NCBI GenBank assembly: GCA_964016885.1
Contig: OZ024744.1
Location: 110,174,001 to 110,238,000, forward strand
Length of the DNA: 64,000 bases
Direction: 5' to 3'
Origin: Eledone cirrhosa
Lineage: Eukaryota
Shown: positions 30,901 to 47,900 of the stretch, one piece after another
How the letters are laid out: the number at the start of each line of letters is the position of its first letter
Position numbering within the stretch: the stretch's first letter is position 1
The notes under the pieces: generated by a model
The model's database searches: none
The model's input: only the letters and a program-made list of their open reading frames with translations
What the model was told of the DNA's origin: nothing
Translations under genes and position numbers: made by a program

Positions 30901-33900
30901 AACTTACCTTGCCCTGAACACAGTAAAACTACACAATCCACTATAACTTACCTTGCCCTGAACACTGTAAAACTACATAATCCACTATAACTTACCTTGC
31001 CCTGAACACAGTAAAACTAAACGATCCACTATAACTTACCTTGCCCTGAACACAGTAAAACTACACAATCCACTATAACTTACCTTGTCCTGAACACACT
31101 AAAACTACACAATCCACTATAACTTACCTTGTCCTGAACACACTAAAACTACACAATCCACTATAACTTAACTGGCCCTGAACACAGTAAAACTACACAA
31201 TCCACTATAACTTAGCTTGCACTGAACACAGTAAAACTACACAATCCACTATAACTTACCTTGCTCTGAACACAGTAAAACTACACAATCCACTATAACT
31301 TACCTTGCTCTGAGCACAGTAAAACTACACAATCCACTATAACTTACCTTACTCTGAACACAGTAAAACTAAATAATCAACTATAACTTACCTTGCTCTG
31401 AACACAGTGAAACTACACAATCCACTATAACTTACCTTGCCCTGAACACAGTGAAACTACGTAATCCACTATAACTTACCTTGCTCTGAACACAGTAAAA
31501 CTACACAATCCACTATAACTTACCTTGCCCTGAACACAGTAAAACTACGTAATCCACTATAACTTACCTTGCCCTGAACACAGTAAAACTACACAATCCA
31601 CTATAACTTAACTGGCCCTGAACACAGTAAAACTACACAATCACTATAGCTTACCTTGCCCTGAACACAGTAAAACTACACAATCCACTATAACTTAAAT
31701 TGCCCTGAACTCAGTAAAACTACATAATCCACTGTAATTTACCTTGCCCTGAACACAGTAAAACTACACAACCCACTATAACATACCTTGCTCTGAACAC
31801 AGTAAAACTACACAATCCACTATAACTTACCTTGCCCTGAACACAGTAAAAGTACATAATCCACTATAACTTACCTTGCCATGAACACAGTATAACTTAC
31901 CTTGCTCTGAACACAGTAAAACTACACAATCCACTATAACTTACCTTGCCCTGAACACACTAAAACTACACAATCTACTATAACTTACCTTGCCCTGAAC
32001 ACAGTAAAACTACACAATCCACTATAAATTACCTTGCTCTGAACACAGTAAAACTACACGATCCACTATAACTTACCTTGCCCTGAACACAGTAAAACTA
32101 CACAATCCACTATAAATTACCTTGCTCTGAACACAGTAAAACTACACAATCCCCTATAACTTACCTTGACTTGAAGACAGTAAAACTACACAATCCACTA
32201 TAACTTAAATTGCCCTGAACTCAGTAAAACTACATAATCCACTGTAACTTACCTTGCCCTGAACACAGTAAAACTACACAATCCACTATAACTTACCTTG
32301 CTCTGAACACAGTAAAACTACACAATCCACTTTAACTTACCTTGCTCTGAACACAGTAAAACTACACAATCCACTATAAATTACCTTGCCTTGAACACAG
32401 TAAAATTACACAATCCACTATAACTAAACTTGCCCCGAACACAGTAAAACTACACAATCCACTATAACTTACCTTGCTCTGAACACAGTAAAACTACACA
32501 ATACACTATAACTTACCTTGCCCTGAACACAGTAAAACTACGTAATCCACTATAACTTACCTTGCCTTGAACACAGTAAAACTACACAATCCACTATAAT
32601 TTACCTTGCCCTGAACACAGTAAAACTACACAATCCACTATAACTGACCTTGGTCTGAACACAGTAAAACTACACAATCCACTATAACTTACCTTGCTCT
32701 GAACACAGTAAAACTACACAATCCACTATAACTTACCTTGCCCTGAACACAGTAAAACTACACAATCCACCATAACTTACCTTGCCCTGAACACAGTAAA
32801 AGAGCACAATCTTCTATAACTTACCTTGCCCTGAATACAGTAAAACTACACAATCCCCTATACCTTACCTTGCTCTGAACACAGTAAAACTACATAATCC
32901 ACTGTAACTTACCTTGCCCTGAACACAGTAAAAGTACACAACCCACTATAACTTACCTTGCTCTGAACACAGCAAAACTACACAATCCACTATAACTTAC
33001 CTTGCCCTGAACACAGTAAAACTACACAATCCACTATAACTTACCTTGCCCTGAACACAGTAAAAGTACATAATCCTCTATAACTTACCTTGCTCTGAAC
33101 ACAGTAAAACTACACAATCTTCTATAACTTAACTGGCCCTGAACACAGTAAAACTACACAATCACTATAGCTTACCTTGCCCTGAACACAGTAAAACTAC
33201 ACAATCCACTATAACTTAAATTGCCCTGAACTCAGTAAAACTACATAATCCACTGTAATTTACCTTGCCCTGAACACAGTAAAACTACACAACCCACTAT
33301 AGCATACCTTGCTCTGAACACAGTAAAACTACACAATCCACTATAACTTACCTTGCCATGAACACAGTATAACTTACCTTGCTCTGAACACAGTAAAACT
33401 ACACAATCCAATTTAACTTACCTTGCTCTGAACACAGTAAAACTACACAATCCACTATAACTTACCTTGCTCTGAACACAGTAAAACTACACAATACACT
33501 ATAACTTAACATGCTCGGAACACAGTAAAACTACACAACCCACTATAACTTACCTTGCCCTGAACACAGTAAAACTACATAATCCACTATAACTTACCTT
33601 GCCCTGAACACAGTAAAACAACACAATCCACTATAAATTACCATACCCTGAACACAGTAAAACTACACAATCCACTATAACTTACCTTGCCCTGAACACA
33701 GTAAAACTACACAATCCACTATAACTTACCTTGCCCTGAACACTGTAAAACTACATAATCCACTATAACTTACCTTGCCCTGAAACAGTAAAACTACACA
33801 AACCACTATAACTTACCTTTCACTGAACACAGTGAAACTACATAATCCACTATAATTTACCTTGCCCTGGACACAGTAAAAGTACATAATCCACTATAAC

Positions 33901-36900
33901 TTACTTACCTTGCCCTGAACGCAGTGAAACTACACAATTCACTATAACTTACCTTGCCCTGAACACAGTAAAACTACATAATCCACTATAACTTAACATG
34001 CTCGGAACACAGTAAAACTACACAACCCACTATAACTTACCTTGCCCTGAACACAGTAAAACTACACAATCCACTATAACTTACCTTGCCCTGAACACAG
34101 TAAAACTACACAATCCACTATAACTTACCTTGCCCTGAACACAGTAAAACTACATAATCCACTATAACTTACCTTGCCCTGAACACAGTAAAACTACACA
34201 ATCCACTATAACTTACCTTGCCCTGAACACAGTAAAACTACATAATCCACTATAACTTACCTTGCCCTGAACACAGTAAAACAACACAATCCACTATAAA
34301 TTACCATACCCTGAACACAGTAAAACTACACAATCCACTATAACTTACCTTGCCCTGAACACAGTAAAACTACACAATCCACTATAACTTACCTTGCCCT
34401 GAACACTGTAAAACTACATAATCCACTATAACTTACCTTGCCCTGAAACAGTAAAACTACACAAACCACTATAACTTACCTTGCCCTGAACACAGTAAAA
34501 CTACACAATCCACTATAACTTACCTTGCCCTGAACACAGTAAAACTAAACGATCCACTATAACTTACCTTGCCCTGAACACAGTAAAACTACACAATCCA
34601 CTATAACTTACCTTGCCCTGAACACACTAAAACTACACAATCCACTATAACTTACCTTGTCCTGAACACACTAAAACTACACAATCCACTATAACTTAAC
34701 TGGCCCTGAACACAGTAAAACTACACAATCCACTATAACTTAGCTTGCACTGAACACAGTAAAACTACACAATCCACTATAACTTACCTTGCTCTGAACA
34801 CAGTAAAACTACACAATCCACTATAACTTACCTTGCTCTGAGCACAGTAAAACTACACAATCCACTATAACTTACCTTACTCTGAACACAGTAAAACTAA
34901 ATAATCAACTATAACTTACCTTGCTCTGAACACAGTGAAACTACACAATCCACTATAACTTATCTTGCCCTGAACACAGTGAAACTACGTAATCCACTAT
35001 AACTTACCTTGCTCTGAACACAGTAAAACTACACAATCCACTATAACTTACCTTGCCCTGAACACAGTAAAACTACGTAATCCACTATAACTTACCTTGC
35101 CCTGAACACAGTAAAACTACACAATCCACTATAACTTAACTGGCCCTGAACACAGTAAAACTACACAATCACTATAGCTTACCTTGCCCTGAACACAGTA
35201 AAACTACACAATCCACTATAACTTAAATTGCCCTGAACTCAGTAAAACTACATAATCCACTGTAATTTACCTTGCCCTGAACACAGTAAAACTACACAAC
35301 CCACTATAACATACCTTGCTCTGAACACAGTAAAACTACACAATCCACTATAACTTACCTTGCCCTGAACACAGTAAAAGTACATAATCCACTATAACTT
35401 ACCTTGCCATGAACACAGTATAACTTACCTTGCTCTGAACACAGTAAAACTACACAATCCACTATAACTTACCTTGCCCTGAACACACTAAAACTACACA
35501 ATCTACTATAACTTACCTTGCCCTGAACACAGTAAAACTACACAATCCACTATAAATTACCTTGCTCTGAACACAGTAAAACTACACGATCCACTATAAC
35601 TTACCTTGCCCTGAACACAGTAAAACTACACAATCCACTATAAATTACCTTGCTCTGAACACAGTAAAACTACACAATCCACTATAACTTACCTTGACTT
35701 GAAGACAGTAAAACTACACAATCCACTATAACTTAAATTGCCCTGAACTCAGTAAAACTACATAATCCACTGTAACTTACCTTGCCCTGAACACAGTAAA
35801 ACTACACAATCCACTATAACTTACCTTGCTCTGAACACAGTAAAACTACACAATCCACTTTAACTTACCTTGCTCTGAACACAGTAAAACTACACAATCC
35901 ACTATAAATTACCTTGCCTTGAACACAGTAAAATTACACAATCCACTATAACTAAACTTGCCCCGAACACAGTAAAACTACACAATCCACTATAACTTAC
36001 CTTGCTCTGAACACAGTAAAACTACACAATACATTATAACTTACCTTGCCCTGAACACAGTAAAACTACGTAATCCACTATAACTTACCTTGCCCTGAAC
36101 ACAGTAAAACTACACAATCCACTATAATTTACCTTGCCCTGAACACAGTAAAACTACACAATCCACTATAACTGACCTTGGCCTGAACACAGTAAAACTA
36201 CACAATCCACTATAACTTACCTTGCTCTGAACACAGTAAAACTACACAATCCACTATAACTTACCTTGCCCTGAACGTAGTAAAACTACACAATCCACCA
36301 TAACTTACCTTGCCCTGAACACAGTAAAAGAGCACAATCTTCTATAACTTACCTTGCCCTGAATACAGTAAAACTACACAATCCCCTATACCTTACCTTG
36401 CTCTGAACACAGTAAAACTACACAATCCACTATAACTTACCTTGCCCTGAACACAGTAAAACTACACAATCCACTATAACTTAAATTGCCCTGAACTCAG
36501 TAAAATACATAATCCACTGTAACTTACCTTGCCCTGAACACAGTAAAAGTACACAACCCACTATAACTTACCTTGCTCTGAACACAGCAAAACTACACAA
36601 TCCACTATAACTTACCTTGCCCTGAACACAGTAAAACTACACAATCCACTATAACTTACCTTGCCCTGAACACAGTAAAAGTACATAATCCACTATAACT
36701 TACCTTGCTCTGAACACAGTAAAACTACACAATCCACTATAACTTAACTGGCCCTGAACACAGTAAAACTACACAATCACTATAGCTTACCTTGCCCTGA
36801 ACACAGTAAAACTACACAATCCACTATAACTTAAATTGCCCTGAACTCAGTAAAACTACATAATCCACTGTAATTTACCTTGCCCTGAACACAGTAAAAC

Positions 36901-37330
36901 TACACAACCCACTATAGCATATCTTGCTCTGAACACAGTAAAACTACACAATCCACTATAACTTACCTTGCCCTGAACACAGTAAAAGTACATAATCCAC
37001 TATAACTTACCTTGCCATGAACACAGTATAACTTACCTTGCTCTGAACACAGTAAAACTACACAATCCAATTTAACTTACCTTGCTCTGAACACAGTATA
37101 ACTACACAATCCACTATAACTTACCTTGCTCTGAACACAGTAAAACTACACAATACACTATAAATTACCTTTCACTGAACACAGTGAAACTACATAATCC
37201 ACTATAATTTACCTTGCCCTGGACACAGTAAAAGTACATAATCCACTATAACTTACTTACCTTGCCCTGAACGCAGTGAAACTACACAATTCACTATAAC
37301 TTACCTTGCCCTGAACACAGTAAAACTACA
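27600..37330. repeat. Tandem triplication of a ~3.4-3.5 kb unit
   Basis: Copy 1 vs 2 (offset 3441): AATCCTCTAT 29631/33072, GCATACCTT 29861/33302, TACTTACCTTGCCCTGAACGCAG 30461/33902. Copy 2 vs 3 (offset 3528): CTTACCTTACTCTG 31343/34871, ATCTACTATA 31973/35501, ACCTTGACTTGAAGAC 32163/35691. Confidence 0.85.
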
Positions 37331-40300
37331 TAATCCACTATATCTTAACATGCTCGGAACACAGTAAAACTACACAACCCACTATAACTTACCTTGCTCT
37401 GTACACAGTAAAACTACACAATCCACTATAATTTACCTTGCCCTGAACATAGTAAAACTACACGATCCAATTTAACTTACCTTGCTCTGAACACAGTAAA
37501 ACTACACAATCCACTATAATTTACCTTGCCCTGAACATAGTAAAAGAACGTAATCCACTATAACTTACCTTAATCTGAACACAGTAAAACTACACAATCC
37601 ATTATAATTTACCTTGCCCTGAACACAGTAAAACTACAAGATCCACTATAACTTACCTTGCTCTGAACACAGTAAAACTACACAATCCACTATAAATTAC
37701 GTTGCCCTGAACACAGTAAGACTACACAATCTTCTATAACTTACCTTGCCCTGAACACAGTAAAACTACACAATCCACTATAACTTACCTTGCCCTGAAC
37801 ACAGTAAAACTACACAATCCACTATAACTTACCTTGCCCTGAACACAGTAAAACTACATAATCCACTATAACTTACCTTGCCCTGAACAGAGTAAAACTA
37901 CACAATCCACTATAACTTACCTTGCCCTGAACACAGTAAAACTACACAATCCACTATAACTTACCTTGCCCTGAACACAGTAAAACTACACAATCCACTA
38001 TAACTAACCTTGCTCTGAACACAGTAAAACTACACAATCCACTATAACTTACCTTGCCTGAACACACTAAAGCTACACAATCCACTATAACTTAACTGGC
38101 CCTGAACACAGTAAAACTACACAATCCACTATAACTTAGCTTGCACTGAACACAGTAAAACTACACAATCCACTATAACTTACCTTGCTCTGAACACAGT
38201 AAAACTACACAATCCACTATAACTTACCTTGCTCTGAACACAGTGAAATTACACAATCCACTATAACTTAACTGGCCCTTTACACAGTAAAACTACACAA
38301 TCCACTATAACTTAGCTTGCTCTGAACACAGTAAAACTAAATAATCCACTATAACTTACCTTGCCCTGAACACACTAAAACTACACAATCTTCTATAACT
38401 TACCTTGCCCTGAACACAGTAAAACTACACAATCCACTATAAATTACCTTGCTCTGAACACAGTAAAACTACACGATCCACTATAACTTACCTTGCCCTG
38501 AACACAGTAAAACTACACAATCCACTATAAATTACCTTGCTCTGAACACAGTAAAACTACACAATCCACTATAACTTACCTTGACCTGAAGACAGTAAAA
38601 CTACACAATCCACTATAACTTAAATTGCCCTGAACTCAGTAAAACTACATAATCCACTGTAACTTACCTTGCCCTGAACACAGTATAACTTACCTTGCTC
38701 TGAACACAGTAAAACTACACAATCCAATTCAACTTACCTTGCTCTGAACACAGTAAAACTACACAATCCACTATAAATTACCTTGCCTTGAACACAGTAA
38801 AATTACACAATCCACTATAACTAAACTTGCCCCGAACACAGTAAAACTACACAATCCACTATAACTTACCTTGCTCTGAACACAGTAAAACTACACAATA
38901 CACTATAACTTACCTTGCCCTGAACACAGTAAAACTACGTAGTCCACTATAACTTACCTTGCCTTGAACACAGTAAAACTACACAATCCACTATAATTTA
39001 CCTTGCCCTGAACACAGTAAAACTACACAATCCACTATAACTGACCTTGGTCTGAACACAGTAAAACTACACAATCCACTATAACTTACCTTGCTCTGAA
39101 CACAGTAAAACTACACAATCCACTATAACTTACCTTGCCCTGAACACAGTAAAACTACACAATCCACCATAACTTACCTTGCCCTGAACACAGTAAAAGA
39201 GCACAATCTTCTATAACTTACCTTGCCCTGAATAGAGTAAAAATACACAATCCCCTATACCTTACCTTGCTCTGAACACAGTAAAACTACACAATCCACT
39301 ATAACTTACCTTGCCCTGAACACAGTAAAACTACACAATCCACTATAACTTAAATTGCCCTGAACTCAGTAAAACTACATAATCCACTGTAACTTACCTT
39401 GCCCTGAACACAGTAAAAGTACACAACCCACTATAACTTACCTTGCTCTGAACACAGCAAAACTACACAATCCACTATAACTTACCTTGCCCTGAACACA
39501 GTAAAACTACACAATCCACTATAACTTACCTTGCCCTGAACACAGTAAAAGTACATAATCCACTATAACTTACCTTGCTCTGAACACAGTATAACTTACC
39601 TTGCTCTGAACACAGTAAAACTACACGATCCAATTTAACTTACCTTGCATTGAACACAGTAAAACTACACAATCCACTATAACTTACCTTGCCCTGAACA
39701 CAGTAAAACTAACACAATCCACTATAACGTACCTTGCCCTGAACACAGTAAAACTACACAATCCACTATAACTTACCTTGCTCTGAACACAGTAAAACGA
39801 CATAATCCACTATAACTTACCTTGCCCTGAACACAGTAAAACTACACAATCCACTATAACTTACCTTGCCCTGAACACAGTAAAACTACACAATCCACTA
39901 TAACTTACCTTGCCCTGAACACAGTAATACTACACAACCCACTATAACTTACCTTGCCCTGAACACAGTAAAACTACACAATCCACTATAACTTACCTTG
40001 CTCTGAACACAGTAAAACTACACAATCCACTTCAACTTACCTTGCTCTGAACACAGTAAAACTACACAATCCACTATAACTTACCTTGCCCTGAACATAC
40101 TAAAACTACACAATCCACTATAACTTACCTTGCCCTGAACACAGTAAAACTACAAGATCCACTATAACTTACCTTGCTCTGAACACAGTAAAACTACACA
40201 ATCCACTATAAATTACGTTGCCCTGAACACAGTAAGACTACACAATATTCTATAACTTACCTTGCCCTGAACACAGTAAAACTACACAATCCACTATAAC

Positions 40301-43300
40301 TTAACTTGCCCTGAACACAGTAAAACTACACAATCCACTATAACTTACCTTGCCCTGAACACAGTAAAACTACATAATCCACTATAACTTACCTTGCCCT
40401 GAACACAGTAAAACTACACAATCCACTATAACTTACCTTGCCCTGAACACAGTAAAACTACACAATCCACTATAAATTACCTTGCCCTGAACACAGTAAA
40501 ACTACACAATCCACTATAACTTACCTTGACCTGAACAGAGTAAAACTACACAATCCACTATAACTTACTTTGCCTTGAACACAGTAAAACTACACGATCC
40601 ACTATAACTTACCTTGCCCTGAACACAGTAAAACTACACAATCCACTATAACTAACCTTGCTCTGAACACAGTAAAACTACACAATTCACTATAACTTAC
40701 CTTGCCCTGAACACAGTAAAACTACATAATCCACTATATCTTAACATGCTCGGAACACAGTAAAACTACACAACCCACTATAACTTACCTTGCTCTGTAC
40801 ACAGTAAAACTACACAATCCACTATAATTTACCTTGCCCTGAACATAGTAAAACTACACGATCCAATTTAACTTACCTTGCTCTGAACACAGTAAAACTA
40901 CACAATCCACTATAATTTACCTTGCCCTGAACATAGTAAAAGAACGTAATCCACTATAACTTACCTTAATCTGAACACAGTAAAACTACACAATCCATTA
41001 TAATTTACCTTGCCCTGAACACAGTAAAACTACAAGATCCACTATAACTTACCTTGCTCTGAACACAGTAAAACTACACAATCCACTATAAATTACGTTG
41101 CCCTGAACACAGTAAGACTACACAATCTTCTATAACTTACCTTGCCCTGAACACAGTAAAACTACACAATCCACTATAACTTACCTTGCCCTGAACACAG
41201 TAAAACTACACAATCCACTATAACTTACCTTGCCCTGAACACAGTAAAACTACATAATCCACTATAACTTACCTTGCCCTGAACACAGTAAAACTACACA
41301 ATCCACTATAACTTACCTTGCCCTGAACACAGTAAAACTACACAATCCACTATAACTTACCTTGCCCTGAACACAGTAAAACTACACAATCCACTATAAC
41401 TAACCTTGCTCTGAACACAGTAAAACTACACAATCCACTATAACTTACCTTGCCTGAACACACTAAAGCTACACAATCCACTATAACTTAACTGGCCCTG
41501 AACACAGTAAAACTACACAATCCACTATAACTTAGCTTGCACTGAACACAGTAAAACTACACAATCCACTATAACTTACCTTGCTCTGAACACAGTAAAA
41601 CTACACAATCCACTATAACTTACCTTGCTCTGAACACAGTGAAATTACACAATCCACTATAACTTAACTGGCCCTTTACACAGTAAAACTACACAATCCA
41701 CTATAACTTAGCTTGCTCTGAACACAGTAAAACTAAATAATCCACTATAACTTACCTTGCCCTGAACACACTAAAACTACACAATCTTCTATAACTTACC
41801 TTGCCCTGAACACAGTAAAACTACACAATCCACTATAAATTACCTTGCTCTGAACACAGTAAAACTACACGATCCACTATAACTTACCTTGCCCTGAACA
41901 CAGTAAAACTACACAATCCACTATAAATTACCTTGCTCTGAACACAGTAAAACTACACAATCCACTATAACTTACCTTGACCTGAAGACAGTAAAACTAC
42001 ACAATCCACTATAACTTAAATTGCCCTGAACTCAGTAAAACTACATAATCCACTGTAACTTACCTTGCCCTGAACACAGTATAACTTACCTTGCTCTGAA
42101 CACAGTAAAACTACACAATCCAATTCAACTTACCTTGCTCTGAACACAGTAAAACTACACAATCCACTATAAATTACCTTGCCTTGAACACAGTAAAATT
42201 ACACAATCCACTATAACTAAACTTGCCCCGAACACAGTAAAACTACACAATCCACTATAACTTACCTTGCTCTGAACACAGTAAAACTACACAATACACT
42301 ATAACTTACCTTGCCCTGAACACAGTAAAACTACGTAGTCCACTATAACTTACCTTGCCTTGAACACAGTAAAACTACACAATCCACTATAATTTACCTT
42401 GCCCTGAACACAGTAAAACTACACAATCCACTATAACTGACCTTGGTCTGAACACAGTAAAACTACACAATCCACTATAACTTACCTTGCTCTGAACACA
42501 GTAAAACTACACAATCCACTATAACTTACCTTGCCCTGAACACAGTAAAACTACACAATCCACCATAACTTACCTTGCCCTGAACACAGTAAAAGAGCAC
42601 AATCTTCTATAACTTACCTTGCCCTGAGTACAGTAAAAATACACAATCCCCTATACCTTACCTTGCTCTGAACACAGTAAAACTACACAATCCACTATAA
42701 CTTACCTTGCCCTGAACACAGTAAAACTACACAATCCACTATAACTTAAATTGCCCTGAACTCAGTAAAACTACATAATCCACTGTAACTTACCTTGCCC
42801 TGAACACAGTAAAAGTACACAACCCACTATAACTTACCTTGCTCTGAACACAGCAAAACTACACAATCCACTATAACTTACCTTGCCCTGAACACAGTAA
42901 AACTACACAATCCACTATAACTTACCTTGCCCTGAACACAGTAAAAGTACATAATCCACTATAACTTACCTTGCTCTGAACACAGTATAACTTACCTTGC
43001 TCTGAACACAGTAAAACTACACGATCCAATTTAACTTACCTTGCATTGAACACAGTAAAACTACACAATCCACTATAACTTACCTTGCCCTGAACACAGT
43101 AAAACTAACACAATCCACTATAACGTACCTTGCCCTGAACACAGTAAAACTACACAATCCACTATAACTTACCTTGCTCTGAACACAGTAAAACTACATA
43201 ATCCACTATAACTTACCTTGCCCTGAACACAGTAAAACTACACAATCCACTATAACTTACCTTGCCCTGAACACAGTAAAACTACACAATCCACTATAAC

Positions 43301-44080
43301 TTACCTTGCCCTGAACACAGTAATACTACACAACCCACTATAACTTACCTTGCCCTGAACACAGTAAAACTACACAATCCACTATAACTTACCTTGCTCT
43401 GAACACAGTAAAACTACACAATCCACTTCAACTTACCTTGCTCTGAACACAGTAAAACTACACAATCCACTATAACTTACCTTGCCCTGAACATACTAAA
43501 ACTACACAATCCACTATAACTTACCTTGCCCTGAACACAGTAAAACTACAAGATCCACTATAACTTACCTTGCTCTGAACACAGTAAAACTACACAATCC
43601 ACTATAAATTACGTTGCCCTGAACACAGTAAGACTACACAATATTCTATAACTTACCTTGCCCTGAACACAGTAAAACTACACAATCCACTATAACTTAA
43701 CTTGCCCTGAACACAGTAAAACTACACAATCCACTATAACTTACCTTGCCCTGAACACAGTAAAACTACATAATCCACTATAACTTACCTTGCCCTGAAC
43801 ACAGTAAAACTACACAATCCACTATAACTTACCTTGCCCTGAACACAGTAAAACTACACAATCCACTATAAATTACCTTGCCCTGAACACAGTAAAACTA
43901 CACAATCCACTATAACTTACCTTGACCTGAACAGAGTAAAACTACACAATCCACTATAACTTACTTTGCCTTGAACACAGTAAAACTACACGATCCACTA
44001 TAACTTACCTTGCCCTGAACACAGTAAAACTACACAATCCACTATAACTAACCTTGCTCTGAACACAGTAAAACTACACA
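37290..44080. repeat. Near-perfect tandem duplication with 3396-bp unit
   Basis: TATCTTAACATGCTCGG 37341/40737, TAATCTGAAC 37571/40967, CACAATATTC 40241/43637, all at offset 3396. Confidence 0.9.
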
Positions 44081-44904
44081 ATCCACTATAACTTACCTTG
44101 CCCTGAACACAGTAAAACTACACAATCCACTAAAACTAACCTTGCTCTGAACAGAGTAAAACTATACAATCCACCATAACTTACCTTGCCCTGAACACAG
44201 TAAAACTACACAATCCACTATAACTTACCTTGACCTGAACAGAGTAAAACTACACAATCCACTATAACTTACCTTGCCCTGAACACACTAAAACTACACA
44301 ATCCACTATAACTTACCTTGCACTGCAAACAGTAAAACTACACAACCCACTATAACTTACCTTGCTCTGAACACATTAAAACTACACAATCCACTATAAC
44401 TTACCTTGCCCTGAACATAGTAAAAGAACGTAATCCACTATAACTTACCTTCCTTTGAACACAGTAAAACTACACAATCCACTATAATTTACCTTGCCCT
44501 GAACACAGTAAAACTACAAGATCCACTATAACTTACCTTGCTCTGAACACAGTAAAACTACATAATCCACTATAACTTACCTTGCCCTGAACACAGTAAA
44601 ACTAACACAATCCACTATAACTTACCTTGCCCTGAACACAGTAAAACTACACAATCCACTATAAATTACGTTGCCCTGAACATACTAAAACTACACAATC
44701 TTCTATAACTTACCTTGCCCTGAACACAGTAAAACTACACAATCCACTGTAACTTACCTTGCCCTGAACACAGTAAAACTACACAATCCACTATAACTAA
44801 CCTTGACCTGAACACAGTAAAACTACACAATCCACTATAACTTACCTTGTCCTGAACACACTAAAACTACACAATCCACTATAACTTAACTGGCCGTGAA
44901 CACA

Positions 44905-47900
44905 GTAAAACTACACAATCCACTATAACTTAGCTTGCACTGAACACAGTAAAACTACACAATCCACTATAACTTACCTTGCCCTGAACACAGTAAAACT
45001 ACACAATCCACTTCAACTTACCTTGCTCTGAACACAGTAAAACTACACAATCCACTATAACTTACCTTGCCCTGAACACAGTAAAATTACACAACCCACT
45101 ATAACTAACCTTGCCCTGAACACAGTAAAACTACACAATCCACTATAACTTACTTTGCTCTGAACACAGTAAAACTACACAATCCACCTTAACTTACCTT
45201 GCTCTGAACACAGTAAAACTACACAATCCACTTCAACTTACCTTGCTCTGAACACAGTAAAACTACACAATCCACTATAACTTACCTTGCCCTGAACACA
45301 GTAAAACTACACGATCCACTATAAATTACCTTGCCCTGAACACAGTAAAACTACACAATCCACTATAACTTACCTTGCTCTGAACACAGTAAAACTACAC
45401 AATACACTATAACTTACCTTGCCCTGAACACAGTAAAACTACGTAGTCCACTATAACTTACCTTGCCTTGAACACAGTAAAACTACACAATCCACTATAA
45501 TTTACCTTGCCCTGAACACAGTAAAACTACACAATCCACTATAACTGACCTTGGTCTGAACACAGTAAAACTACACAATCCACTATAACTTACCTTGCTC
45601 TGAACACAGTAAAACTACACAATCCACTATAACTTACCTTGCCCTGAACACAGTAAAACTACACAATCCACCATAACTTACCTTGCCCTGAACACAGTAA
45701 AAGAGCACAATCTTCTATAACTTACCTTGCCCTGAATACAGTAAAAATACACAATCCCCTATACCTTACCTTGCTCTGAACACAGTAAAACTACACAATC
45801 CACTATAACTTACCTTGCCCTGAACACAGTAAAACTACACAATCCACTATAACTTAAATTGCCCTGAACTCAGTAAAACTACATAATCCACTGTAACTTA
45901 CCTTGCCCTGAACACAGTAAAAGTACACAACCCACTATAACTTACCTTGCCCTGAACACAGTAAAACTACACAATCCACTATAACTTACCTTGCCCTGAA
46001 CACAGTAAAAGTACATAATCCACTATAACTTACCTTGCTCTGAACACAGTATAACTTACCTTGCTCTGAACACAGTAAAACTACACGATCCAATTTAACT
46101 TACCTTGCATTGAACACAGTAAAACTACACAATCGACTATAACTTACCTTGCCCTGAACACAGTAAAACTAACACAATCCACTATAACGTACCTTGCCCT
46201 GAACACAGTAAAACTGCACAATCCACTATAACTTACCTTGCTCTGAACACAGTAAAACTACATAATCCACTATAACTTACCTTGCCCTGAACACAGTAAA
46301 ACTACACAATCCACTATAACTTACCTTGCCCTGAACACAGTAAAACTACACAATCCACTATAACTTATCTTGCCCTGAACACAGTAATACTACACAACCC
46401 ACTATAACTTACCTTGCCCTGAACACAGTAAAACTACACAATCCACTATAACTTACCTTGCTCTGAACACAGTAAAACTACACAATCCACTTCAACTTAC
46501 CTTGCTCTGAACACAGTAAAACTACACAATCCACTATAACTTACCTTGCCCTGAACATACTAAAACTACACAATCCACTATAACTTACCTTGCCCTGAAC
46601 ACAGTAAAACTACAAGATCCACTATAACTTACCTTGCTCTGAACACAGTAAAACTACACAATCCACTATAAATTACGTTGCCCTGAACACAGTAAGACTA
46701 CACAATATTCTATAACTTACCTTGCCCTGAACACAGTAAAACTACACAATCCACTATAACTTAACTTGCCCTGAACACAGTAAAACTACACAATCCACTA
46801 TAACTTACCTTGCCCTGAACACAGTAAAACTACATAATCCACTATAACTTACCTTGCCCTGAACACAGTAAAACTACACAATCCACTATAACTTACCTTG
46901 CCCTGAACACAGTAAAACTACACAATCCACTATAAATTACCTTGCCCTGAACACAGTAAAACTACACAATCCACTATAACTTACCTTGACCTGAACAGAG
47001 TAAAACTACACAATCCACTATAACTTACTTTGCCTTGAACACAGTAAAACTACACGATCCACTATAACTTACCTTGACCTGAACACAGTAAAACTACACA
47101 ATCCACTATAACTAACCTTGCTCTGAACACAGTAAAACTACACAATCCACTATAACTTACCTTGCCCTGAACACAGTAAAACTACACAATCCACTAAAAC
47201 TAACCTTGCTCTGAACAGAGTAAAACTATACAATCCACCATAACTTACCTTGCCCTGAACACAGTAAAACTACACAATCCACTATAACTTACCTTGACCT
47301 GAACAGATTAAAACTACACAATCCACTATAACTTACCTTGCCCTGAACACACTAAAACTACACAATCTACTATAACTTACCTTGCACTGCAAACAGTAAA
47401 ACTACACAACCCACTATAACTTACCTTGCTCTGAACACAGTAAAACTACACAATCCACTATAACTTACCTTGCCCTGAACATAGTAAAAGAACGTAATCC
47501 ACTATAACTTACCTTCCTTTGAACACAGTAAAACTACACAATCCACTATAATTTACCTTGCCCTGAACACAGTAAAACTACAAGATCCACTATAACTTAC
47601 CTTGCTCTGAATACAGTAAAACTACATAATCCACTATAACTTACCTTGCCCTGAACACAGTAAAACTAACACAATCCACTATAACTTACCTTGCCCTGAA
47701 CACAGTAAAACTACACAATCCACTATAAATTACGTTGCCCTGAACATACTAAAACTACACAATCTTCTATAACTTACCTTGCCCTGAACACAGTAAAACT
47801 ACACAATCCACTGTAACTTACCTTGCCCTGAACACAGTAAAACTACACAATCCACTATAACTAACCTTTACCTGAACACAGTAAAACTACACAATCCACT

